Origin: a virus
Virus record (IMG/VR): IMGVR_UViG_3300000976_000009
Location: 45,151-109,150 of that record
Strand: one strand, 5' to 3'
DNA length: 64,000 bases
The notes under the pieces were generated by a model. That model made no database searches, was not told the DNA's origin, and worked only from the letters and a program-made list of their open reading frames with translations. This document shows positions 48,801-57,387 of this stretch, in pieces. Both the position numbers and the translations under genes were made by a program. The first letter of the stretch is position 1. Every line of letters begins with the position of its first letter.

Positions 48801-50186
48801 TCCAATGGTGATACAACACAAGATATAAGTGGTGTCCCAGCTGGAACATATACAGTAACAGTTACTGATTCTGAGGGACTACAAGCAACACAATCATGTA
48901 CAGTCGGTCAACCATTTGCAGTAAATTGTTTCGCATCACCAGTTCCAGTAACATCAAATGGAGCATCTGATGGTGCTATTAATGTAGTTGGTATTGGTGG
49001 TGGTACAGGACCATATTCAATTACTGTCACTGGAACTGTACCACCACAAGCTCCAATCACTCATACTGGGGTGATTGGACCTACAGATATTTTTACTGGA
49101 TTAATTGCTGGTGAATATTCAGTTGTTACAACTGATAGTACGTCACAGAGTTCATCTTGTTCAACAACTGGTGTTACAATTACAACACCACCAGCTTTAG
49201 TGGTAACAGCAAACACAATGAATATTGAGTGTCACGGTGGTGGTAATGGTGAAATACAACTTGGGTTTATTAGTGGTGTACCACCATTAACTTGGGCAAC
49301 AACTAGTCCAGCTTTCCCCCCATTAATTTCACAACCAGTAACCACATCAACAATTACTGGGTTATATGCTGGAACATATACTACCGTTACAACGGATAAT
49401 ATTGGACAAACAAGTACAATTGTTAGTGTGATAACTGAACCACCATTAATAACTGCTTCATTAACCTCTACTAATATATCATGTAATGGTGCTGGTAATG
49501 GTTCAATTACAGCAACTGCCGTTGGTGGTACTGGGGCATTATATTATTCTTGGGAAGGACCAACAACAAACCCAATACCAGATACCACACCATTCCTTAC
49601 AGGAATTGGTTCTGGAGATTTATCAGCTGGAACATATACACTTACAGTTACTGATGATAATAATTGTACAAATGATTTTAATATTAGTGTTCTAGAACCA
49701 AACCCATTATTAATATCAGTTACAAATACAACTAATGTTATTTGTAATGGTGATTCAACTGGTACTATTAGTATTGATGTTTCTGGTGGTAATCCAGATA
49801 TCGGATTTGGTGGTTACCAAGTTAGGATTGATGGTGGTTCATGGATTTCAACATTAACTGGTGTTTACACATTTAGCGGTGTTGATGAAGGTAATCACAC
49901 AATTGAAGCTAGGGATACAGAATCTAATTGTCTTGCACCAGTTATCACACAATACGTTGGCGAACCAAGTGTGGTTTCATGTAATTTATCTAGTGCTAGT
50001 TCAAACATAATAGTTGTAAATGGTTCTGGTGGTAATGGTGGACCATTTACATTTAGAATTAATGGTGGAGCGTGGCAAACTAGTGGGACATTCACTGGTT
50101 TAGTGGCTAGTACATCATATAACTTTGAATCTAGAGATACACAAAACTGTATTTCTCCAGTTCAATCATTTAGTACAACAGCATAA
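45828..50186 (+). CDS. Large baseplate/tail protein with hydrophobic Cys-rich core and C-terminal SprB-like repeats
   Basis: Repeated GG(T/N)(G/P)PY.Y.W...G.Y...VTD...C units from about 48715 to the end. Confidence 0.65.
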   Translation: MSNKAIKIRLNTTPSAFNGNLLKVNLEQDFDFLEILSLSISQEEVYRRFCSDYGVVVGRAIMNNGVGIPNAKVSIFVPLSDEDIENDEISGLYPFESITDNDDDGKRYNLLPNSSQFECHTPVGTLATKREILDNDLKLDIHCKYYKYSAITNAAGDFMIFGVPVGSHFINVDCDLSDIGVYSQRPYDFMATGQPREAFESSNKFKSGDDLDKLNQIKSQQSTINVNPFWGDDDQCSVGITRYDIDLKHELKPSAIFMGGIFGDNEKNSINKVCRPRKKLGKICETVSGPGTIEILRKDLNGNNQTFFVEGGRVIDDNGAWAFQIPMNLDYMVTNEYGDLVPTDDPTKGIPTRCSVRLRAGMDISGGEGRLRTRALHLIPHNPDSYAESDYSFGETTGSGLNGHKHFKDMYWNKIYSVKQFIPRFQARKGVDVRAMMGIKDVDDCTGTHNPFPFNRMDSDLNPLFLVLCVIIQIISFLVLLINSVILTILNFIVWILNAVLLIICEVVFFIGKLTCALKYLTNADKRKECRVKACIGDCSGDCKDCICKDLIPYIPCIKMKCQNEEYAPGCFKGDKPLPWAATDQPFHYPGDGHSGHDANEGIPPGDAGWSSCVTLSLAEALDVWEFDFYNDWINGSLYSPLLKYKKKRKGKEKFCEYDCRDFGGGVDGNDDGVGDNRCRNNWLVDSCTDDGVKSDEEVQIRDGLVKSFDDELYYAAFTHEAGYKLFSTDIISLGSVFDCDWQGRPKIQQYLVATSYKTPELLPEFDDSDPSLMLTSGYDSAKIGKQYSLFFDVSCLGLNTEGRNCINIKRQCEIGVGLNEDRQDEQVNIGCTPVGSGGGATGSGPDFENPIIDNCDIDFMYVRDAFIDLNNPSSGVVYNSPLPSQHATFGSGANIDIKSTTAYENYRDIQYGKTIRQPWGGSMYFYFGLQPGKTGLDKMNRKYFEECIVTDINDFLILCDNIIDVSTFNGTDGGIDISIIGGTGPYTYLWSNGDTTQDISGVPAGTYTVTVTDSEGLQATQSCTVGQPFAVNCFASPVPVTSNGASDGAINVVGIGGGTGPYSITVTGTVPPQAPITHTGVIGPTDIFTGLIAGEYSVVTTDSTSQSSSCSTTGVTITTPPALVVTANTMNIECHGGGNGEIQLGFISGVPPLTWATTSPAFPPLISQPVTTSTITGLYAGTYTTVTTDNIGQTSTIVSVITEPPLITASLTSTNISCNGAGNGSITATAVGGTGALYYSWEGPTTNPIPDTTPFLTGIGSGDLSAGTYTLTVTDDNNCTNDFNISVLEPNPLLISVTNTTNVICNGDSTGTISIDVSGGNPDIGFGGYQVRIDGGSWISTLTGVYTFSGVDEGNHTIEARDTESNCLAPVITQYVGEPSVVSCNLSSASSNIIVVNGSGGNGGPFTFRINGGAWQTSGTFTGLVASTSYNFESRDTQNCISPVQSFSTTA

Positions 50187-51913
50187 TGGATAGAAGAATT
50201 AAATATAGATTAAACGAAACTGAATCACAAAGAGCAGTAAATGAAGATGGTGTAACTAAAATAGGTATAGAGCAAAGTAATGCACCATTACCTGTTGGTG
50301 AATTAAATCGTATCATTAATGTTGGTGACCGATTTAATGAGGAAAGAGAGAATAGTACATGTTATAGAATAAATGGTACTGTTAGTACATTATTCTCTAA
50401 TGTATTATTCAATACAACTGGACCTAATAGTTATGGTTATATGTTAACTAACCCTTTATTTAGGGATAGGACATACCCATCAAATGGTGTTGATTTTGAT
50501 GAGGATGAAGATTTGACATATAGGGATGCATTAAAATTTCACCTAAGAGAGATAAATGGTTGGTATGGTTTTTCAGACCCAGATATTTCCAGTCAATCAC
50601 TATGCTTATGGTCAGACATGGAACCAAGAAGGGAATTATTTGAATTTGTCCCACAGAATAAAAAAAAGAATTGGGAGTTAACAATAACATATCCAGCATT
50701 AAGTGGTGACACATTCATGACCCAAGGTGGTCTATTATGTGTTGAGATATTACCAGTTACTATTGCAAATAGAGATATGATTGCAATTGCAACACCAGTT
50801 AAGCATGGATTAACACAAGGTGATACCGTTAGGATAAATGGATTATCATCACCATTATATAATGGTGATTACCCAGTAGTTAGATTAGGGTTAGATAATG
50901 GAGATATGCAAGATTATTATTTTATTATTGATATTGACCCATCAACTGGTGTTTCTTTAGGTCCAAGCAGTAGAATGACAAGGATGGTTGGTTCCGAACC
51001 AACCTCTTATTATTATAGGAAATTCAAAAAAGTTGGTACAGTAACATCACAAGAATTAGAAGATGATGATTATGATATATACCCACTTAATTTTAGTAGG
51101 GGTTTATATAATGATATTAATTCACAATTTGTAATAAATGAGGATATTGATATTGGTGGATTAATAGATAATCTTGGTAGACCTTTGAGTGAATTATATT
51201 TCACCATTATTAAAACAGATAGTAATCAAGATGATGGGTCTGGTCCAATATTTACACCAATTAAATCTGGTATTGAAATACCATTTATTGGTAATGTTAA
51301 TTCATTTGAGTCTAGTGTGCCAGATATTAGAAGAATACAAAATGGAACCTCCCCAACACCACACACACCATTAGATACTAATGTTATGATAACTGATACA
51401 GATTTTTATGGTGATGTTGCCGCATATAATAGATTCGAAGTTAAAGAAGTAATTCTAGGTGAGGTTAGACACACATTTAACACAATAAATAGGGAGTCTG
51501 GTGGGTCAGTTGTTGACCCATCTGGTAATGAACCAACAATTAATATGGGTGAGAGATTTGAGGGTAATTTTTATAAACCACATTGGCAAATCAAACTTAG
51601 AGAATATTCTAATTATATTGAGCAAGGCGATTCAACAACAGCTGGAATACCAAACTATGCTGAGGATTTAGGTGACGGTAGATGGCTTTGGAGAGACCAA
51701 TTAACATTAGGCTTCTCAGATGTTAGTACAACCCCTGTAGATTACCCATTTTTAAATGGATGTCATTATATCCATCAAAACTACTGTGTACCATTAAGGA
51801 GACAAGACCCATTCGCCCAGTATGGACTTTATTATGGGAATTTTCCAAGAGACCAATTTGGTGATAGAATGGTTGATAAATTTGTTGTTAAAAAATCTCA
51901 AGATGCGTGTTAA
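50186..51913 (+). CDS. Putative baseplate/tail structural protein
   Basis: 575 aa, coupled (TAATG) within the baseplate operon; HGLTQGDTVRING beta segment. Confidence 0.5.
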   Translation: MDRRIKYRLNETESQRAVNEDGVTKIGIEQSNAPLPVGELNRIINVGDRFNEERENSTCYRINGTVSTLFSNVLFNTTGPNSYGYMLTNPLFRDRTYPSNGVDFDEDEDLTYRDALKFHLREINGWYGFSDPDISSQSLCLWSDMEPRRELFEFVPQNKKKNWELTITYPALSGDTFMTQGGLLCVEILPVTIANRDMIAIATPVKHGLTQGDTVRINGLSSPLYNGDYPVVRLGLDNGDMQDYYFIIDIDPSTGVSLGPSSRMTRMVGSEPTSYYYRKFKKVGTVTSQELEDDDYDIYPLNFSRGLYNDINSQFVINEDIDIGGLIDNLGRPLSELYFTIIKTDSNQDDGSGPIFTPIKSGIEIPFIGNVNSFESSVPDIRRIQNGTSPTPHTPLDTNVMITDTDFYGDVAAYNRFEVKEVILGEVRHTFNTINRESGGSVVDPSGNEPTINMGERFEGNFYKPHWQIKLREYSNYIEQGDSTTAGIPNYAEDLGDGRWLWRDQLTLGFSDVSTTPVDYPFLNGCHYIHQNYCVPLRRQDPFAQYGLYYGNFPRDQFGDRMVDKFVVKKSQDAC

Positions 51914-52748
51914 TAAATTTAAAATAAATCTTAATGATTTAACAGATAGTGGTTCAACGATTAATATACCAATTAAAATGTCATTTCAACCAGTTGACCA
52001 AGCTGAGATTGTTGAAACTGATTTTGTTGAAAAAGAAATTGAAAAATCTATTAACCCTGTTACTGATTACGAGAAGGCTAGGTTTATACCTGTTGATAGT
52101 AATAATAATCAACTTGATGCAATAACATATAATGTTAATCTATTAACTAGTGGTGGGACATTTCCACCAACAACTATGTATTCTGATGCTGGATTTGTAT
52201 ATGATGATGTTAAGTTTGGTAAAAGCTCATTTAAGAGGTCATTTTTAAGATTGAGTTTTTATGATTCAGATATACCAACCAATCAGAATTTAATGTCATT
52301 TATGACGTTATTTTCTAGAATAACAGTTAATGATATTTTACCATTAACAAGTGGGGGGTTACCAGTTATTGGTGGTGGATTACCCAACCCAATTAATACT
52401 ATACCAATTAGGTTTAGAGTTGAGGACCCAATTCAGTTTCCAGATGGGATTGCTGAGGGCTATAATATTTATCATTTTAAAGATGAAATAACTTCGACAC
52501 AACCAAAAGAATTATTTATGAGGGCTAGTTGGAATAATGCAAAAACTGGTCAATCTATCCCATTAATTACAGATGGTACACCACAAATGATTGATAATTT
52601 AGTTAGTAAATTACATGTTAGGTATTTATTAAAAAGAGATAACACGGGTTGGTGGTATGAAATCGACATGAGTTACTCTTCACCAACTAATATCACATTA
52701 GGCTCTGGTGAACAAACATTACAATTATACCAAATTCAAGCACTTTAA
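51903..52748 (+). CDS. Putative structural protein (likely start 51903, MRVNKF)
   Basis: ATG overlaps the end of the upstream gene. Confidence 0.5.
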   Translation: MRVNKFKINLNDLTDSGSTINIPIKMSFQPVDQAEIVETDFVEKEIEKSINPVTDYEKARFIPVDSNNNQLDAITYNVNLLTSGGTFPPTTMYSDAGFVYDDVKFGKSSFKRSFLRLSFYDSDIPTNQNLMSFMTLFSRITVNDILPLTSGGLPVIGGGLPNPINTIPIRFRVEDPIQFPDGIAEGYNIYHFKDEITSTQPKELFMRASWNNAKTGQSIPLITDGTPQMIDNLVSKLHVRYLLKRDNTGWWYEIDMSYSSPTNITLGSGEQTLQLYQIQAL

Positions 52749-53632
52749 TGGAGTTGATAAAAAGGAAGATATTATTAGAACATGGAATAAGTAGGAAAAG
52801 TGATACCACTTATGGAACTATGACGGCAACAACATTCAATTTCAATATTATGTTAACACAAGATATGGATAATATGGGTTTGTATACTGACTTTCCCTTC
52901 TATAATGAAATTCCAGATTATACAATATTAATTGATAAGTTAAATAGTAATGGTTTTTCATTCCCATTTATGAGTGGTGTTACACCACCATCAATAATAC
53001 TAAGTGGTTTTACCAGATGTATGAGACATGATAACGCAATTGCTGATGATTGGTTTGATGGTGGTACACCAATTTCCGCATATACTAGTTCTAGAATGAA
53101 TACATTACAATCATATGATAAAAATAATAGGTTTATCCCCAATTTTAATATTACTGATGAACCATATATTAATTATTTGGGTAATTCCGTAAATGGTGTT
53201 AGTAGGATAACGAATATTAATACATCATCAACTGGTTCAACACAATACACATTTGATGCAGAAAATGACACTAATATTGGTACTGTAAATCAAACTACAG
53301 GTCTTAGATTTACAGATTTCAACTATAGAACATTATGGCCTAGGATTAGGACTAAAAAAATTGTAGGTGAAAGGGCAGAAGTAACTAGAGTATCAAATAC
53401 TTCGGTATATTATATTGGTGAGGGTTGGAATGATACTAATACCTCTTTATCAGCAATAACCAAAGAAGAATATTTATTTGGTATAATTAATGAGCCAGAA
53501 GTGTTTGATGATGTATTTATAGATAGGGGTGCGACCACAGTTATGGAAAAACATTTGAAATTATCTGAGGTTGAAAGTCTAGAACATTTAAAATGGTTTG
53601 GAAATGGGTTTTACAAAGTGACAAAGGTGTAG
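52748..53632 (+). CDS. Putative structural protein
   Basis: 294 aa, TAATG coupling; C-terminal VFIDRG motif. Confidence 0.5.
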   Translation: MELIKRKILLEHGISRKSDTTYGTMTATTFNFNIMLTQDMDNMGLYTDFPFYNEIPDYTILIDKLNSNGFSFPFMSGVTPPSIILSGFTRCMRHDNAIADDWFDGGTPISAYTSSRMNTLQSYDKNNRFIPNFNITDEPYINYLGNSVNGVSRITNINTSSTGSTQYTFDAENDTNIGTVNQTTGLRFTDFNYRTLWPRIRTKKIVGERAEVTRVSNTSVYYIGEGWNDTNTSLSAITKEEYLFGIINEPEVFDDVFIDRGATTVMEKHLKLSEVESLEHLKWFGNGFYKVTKV

Positions 53633-53636
53633 TATA

Positions 53637-53771
53637 ATGAAAAGAGAACTTTATGAAAATTACCTATTGGCTAAATATATTATGATGTCAATGGAACAAA
53701 TAAATAAATTAGAACCACATGAGAAATCATATTATGTGGGAGAAGTTGAAAAATACTTAAAGAATATATAA
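53637..53771 (+). CDS. Small 44-aa ORF missed by the ORF track
   Basis: MKRELYENYLLAKYIMMSMEQINKLEPHEKSYYVGEVEKYLKNI fills the gap with 4-nt and 3-nt spacers. Confidence 0.55.
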   Translation: MKRELYENYLLAKYIMMSMEQINKLEPHEKSYYVGEVEKYLKNI

Positions 53772-53774
53772 ATT

Positions 53775-54689
53775 ATGGCAACAGGAACTTACGGAACGGT
53801 TAGACCAGCAGATGTTTTATTATCAGATGTTGAAGTCTTTTTACATTACACCCCATCTAGGGGTGAAGCTGGTGATACAGTATTAACACCTCTAGACCCA
53901 AACACGGTATTAGCTACGAACCCACACCCAAACGGCTCAACTAATGAAATTTTTGGGGGGATGTATACACTTAAACTACCAACTAGTATTTTTAATGCTA
54001 AGGGTTATTATACAATTATGATTAAACCTATTGAAATAAGAACAAAAATTGTTGATTGTGGTGTTTTATCTTCATTACCAAATATCAAAGGTTTAGTTTT
54101 TGATATTGCATCATTAGATAATAGATTTTTAAGTAAATTTCAAAATGATAACTTAGTTGGTTATAGGATAGAATATTTGTCAACTGAAAATACCGATAGT
54201 GGTGGTAATACTAAAGTGCCTAATTTTTTTAGAATCATTACATCAAATAATAAAGCAGAACCAGTTAATCAAAACCTAACTAATACAAATCAAAAGGCAA
54301 TTAGGTATCGTTTTAATGATAATTCATCATTAAGTTTTGCAACGGTAACACCTAGTTCAGCATCCAATGTTAAACCAAATGCTTTACCATATATTGGTGA
54401 GCCAAATCAAGAGGTTATAATCACAAATACATTCTTCAATCCAGTAATGATTGAAATTGAAATGGTTGAACATGATATAGAGACATTAGCGTATGGGATA
54501 TTCGGTAATCAATCAAAATCACTTGAAGATGGAATTTATACGATATATAACTTCGATAATGATATTTATAAACAATACAACTTATTTGAAATTAAGGACC
54601 AGTTTACTGGTAAACCGTTATTTGAAGTAAGAGAAAATAGAATTAACATTGATTTCTTAAAAGGATTTGATGATATTGCAAATGTTTAA
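53775..54689 (+). CDS. Putative baseplate structural protein
   Basis: 304 aa, MATGTYGTVRPAD start, within the structural operon. Confidence 0.5.
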   Translation: MATGTYGTVRPADVLLSDVEVFLHYTPSRGEAGDTVLTPLDPNTVLATNPHPNGSTNEIFGGMYTLKLPTSIFNAKGYYTIMIKPIEIRTKIVDCGVLSSLPNIKGLVFDIASLDNRFLSKFQNDNLVGYRIEYLSTENTDSGGNTKVPNFFRIITSNNKAEPVNQNLTNTNQKAIRYRFNDNSSLSFATVTPSSASNVKPNALPYIGEPNQEVIITNTFFNPVMIEIEMVEHDIETLAYGIFGNQSKSLEDGIYTIYNFDNDIYKQYNLFEIKDQFTGKPLFEVRENRINIDFLKGFDDIANV

Positions 54690-54695
54690 TAGATA

Positions 54696-57368
54696 ATGGC
54701 TGATAAGGTAAAAGTAGTAGGTTATGCACAAAGAGTATTCTACGATAATGGTATAGAATATAGGAATTTTTCAGATGATTTAGTTGGTAGACAACTAGTT
54801 AGTGATGGTGGTAGACCAACATTTACATCTGGTAACTTTGTTGTATCCACAAATCTTGATAGAAAGCCTAGTAAAATATTTAACACAAAAAAGTTTTCAG
54901 AATTTGTATGTCTAGAAGACATGAAAAGTGATACCAGTATAATTACAACAATTATACAGAATAGTGTTGAGGTTAAACTTAATTTGAATAAATCTAATTT
55001 ATGCAATTACGCATACTTTGGTTCATTAATGGAATTCGTTAGAGTTTCTTTAGAGAATATTATTATCACATGGCCAGCTTCATTAAAGTTAGAAAATCTC
55101 CACCCAATTGAAGTGGGGGTCACAGGGTATACAATTGAAAATAATATCTATAATTTGATTGAGGATACATCAACTTTTACAGTTCCAACTGATTTATTAC
55201 GTAATAGTTTTAATATAAATTATCTTACAAATGGTAGTGTTGTTGATACATTTAATGAAACTAATGATTTAAGGAATTTGGCGACATCATATGACCAATA
55301 TGTAATTAATATTGATGATAATGAATACCAAGTTATTGGTTTTAGTGGTGCAACAAATCCATCTAATGATAATTTAAAGTTTATTGTTAAGGGGGATATT
55401 TTATCTGGTGCTAGTGAAACAATTAAAGATATACATATAAAACCAAATAGTTTCAAAGTAGAGGAATTCTTTTTAAATTTACCAGATTTTGAGTCAAATT
55501 TATTAAATCGATTCGTATCCCCAAAATATACATCAACATATGAATTTTTTACAGAGGCTGAAAATGGTGCAATTATTAAAACAAATAAGACATTAACTTG
55601 GACAACGACTGATGGGTATAATATTGATTTCGATACCCCAGAATATATTAACTTTGTTACTGAACTACTTGAACTTGCTGAGAGTAATGATTTAACAAAA
55701 ACAGATTTAATGGTTAGACATTTAACTGCTGAATCAATTTCAGATTTTGATACCTTCCCAACCTGTGATGGTAATATTGAAGAGACTGCTGGTCAAAAAA
55801 TGAATAAATCTTTGAAAATTTATGGTAGAGAGTATGATGAAATAAAAAGATTTGTTGATGGTATTGCATTTGCTAATTCTGTTACATATAATAAAGTTGA
55901 AAACACACCAGATGTTTATTTGAAGAACTTAGGTAGAGTTATGGGGTGGGAATTAGTCTCATCAGTATTAGAAAATGATTTACTTAATATGTTCTTAAAC
56001 CCATCTGATAGCACATATGGTGGTCATAGTAGGGGGTTAACCTCAGCTGAGGCAGAAATAGAACTTTGGAGAAGAATTATTCTTAATACACCTTGGATTT
56101 GGAAATCTAAAGGCACTAGAAAGGCTGTTGAATTTTTATTCGACTTTATTGGAACACCTAATGGGTTAGTGGCATTTAACGAATACATTTATAAAGTTAA
56201 AAAACCTTTAGATATAACATTATTTAAAGATATTTTAGATGAAACAGTTGGTGACACTAATATTGATGATTTAAATATTGATTCAGATGGTTATCCGAAG
56301 TTTTTACCAAACACTTCGGACATGTATTTCCAAAAAGCGGGTCTATGGTTTAGAGAAACAGCTGGAAGCGGGTCAACTATTGATATTTTGCGTGGTAATA
56401 ACCCACATATCGGACCATATGATGGTGGACAAGCTTGGATAGACCAGCTTGGATGTTTAATACCAGATTTTAGTGCTGTAACCGTATATAATGAGACAAT
56501 TAGTACTGGTACAACTAATATATTCACTAATTATAATAGTGGTTTAGTTAATAATGCACCAGAAACAGAGGTTTGGGCGGAAATAGTTAATTTAGATAAC
56601 CTTTCATTAAGTGATTGTTATGAATTAACGGCTGAAATAATAGAAGACCCAAAACCATCAACAGAAATGACTGATTGTGGTTGTGAAACAGGTGAAGGTG
56701 ATGAATCTATTAAAATATCTGTTAAAAAATTAGATAGTTCAACTGATTCATCACCTTCACCAATAACTTGTGGTTATACAGGGTTTACGTTAGATGAGGG
56801 TGGATTTGTGGTCTTCCAATTACCAAATGGTAAGGAAACATTTCAAATAACACAAGAATGTTGTGAGGCAATAGGGTTTACATATCAAACTGGTGAGATA
56901 AATTGTTATTGGGGGTCTGATACATCAACACCAAATAGAACATGTAATGGATTTGAGCCAAACGGTGATTACTTACCTAATGGTGTGGTGATTTGGGAAA
57001 ATAGTGAACTACAAATTGGTGCTACTGAGGTTTCATTAGAATGTTGTGAATCATATGGTTTTACCGCAGTTTTAACTGAAAGTGGTAACTATAATTGTTT
57101 TGACAACCAACAAAGGGTGGATTGTGAAAATTATGTTTATACATCGGTTAATTCATCTACAGGTATTATAACTTGGCAAAATCCACCAAATAAATCTTTA
57201 ACAACAATAATACCTTCTGAGTGTTGTGTTGGATTAGGTTATAGGGTCGGTCCAAATAATGATTGTATAGACCCTAATGCATTAACAAGTGGTGATATAG
57301 CAACTAGAAGGGGTGATGAGGTTATTGTTACTGCAACTAAAAGAAGGATTGAGGGTGATAAAATATAA
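54696..57368 (+). CDS. Baseplate wedge protein (gp7/P2 gpI-like core) with Cys-rich C-terminal repeats
   Basis: YLKNLGRVMGW...WKSKGTRKAVEFLF; three ECC-x3-G repeats. Confidence 0.6.
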   Translation: MADKVKVVGYAQRVFYDNGIEYRNFSDDLVGRQLVSDGGRPTFTSGNFVVSTNLDRKPSKIFNTKKFSEFVCLEDMKSDTSIITTIIQNSVEVKLNLNKSNLCNYAYFGSLMEFVRVSLENIIITWPASLKLENLHPIEVGVTGYTIENNIYNLIEDTSTFTVPTDLLRNSFNINYLTNGSVVDTFNETNDLRNLATSYDQYVINIDDNEYQVIGFSGATNPSNDNLKFIVKGDILSGASETIKDIHIKPNSFKVEEFFLNLPDFESNLLNRFVSPKYTSTYEFFTEAENGAIIKTNKTLTWTTTDGYNIDFDTPEYINFVTELLELAESNDLTKTDLMVRHLTAESISDFDTFPTCDGNIEETAGQKMNKSLKIYGREYDEIKRFVDGIAFANSVTYNKVENTPDVYLKNLGRVMGWELVSSVLENDLLNMFLNPSDSTYGGHSRGLTSAEAEIELWRRIILNTPWIWKSKGTRKAVEFLFDFIGTPNGLVAFNEYIYKVKKPLDITLFKDILDETVGDTNIDDLNIDSDGYPKFLPNTSDMYFQKAGLWFRETAGSGSTIDILRGNNPHIGPYDGGQAWIDQLGCLIPDFSAVTVYNETISTGTTNIFTNYNSGLVNNAPETEVWAEIVNLDNLSLSDCYELTAEIIEDPKPSTEMTDCGCETGEGDESIKISVKKLDSSTDSSPSPITCGYTGFTLDEGGFVVFQLPNGKETFQITQECCEAIGFTYQTGEINCYWGSDTSTPNRTCNGFEPNGDYLPNGVVIWENSELQIGATEVSLECCESYGFTAVLTESGNYNCFDNQQRVDCENYVYTSVNSSTGIITWQNPPNKSLTTIIPSECCVGLGYRVGPNNDCIDPNALTSGDIATRRGDEVIVTATKRRIEGDKI

Positions 57369-57387
57369 GATAAGATAATTATAGATA

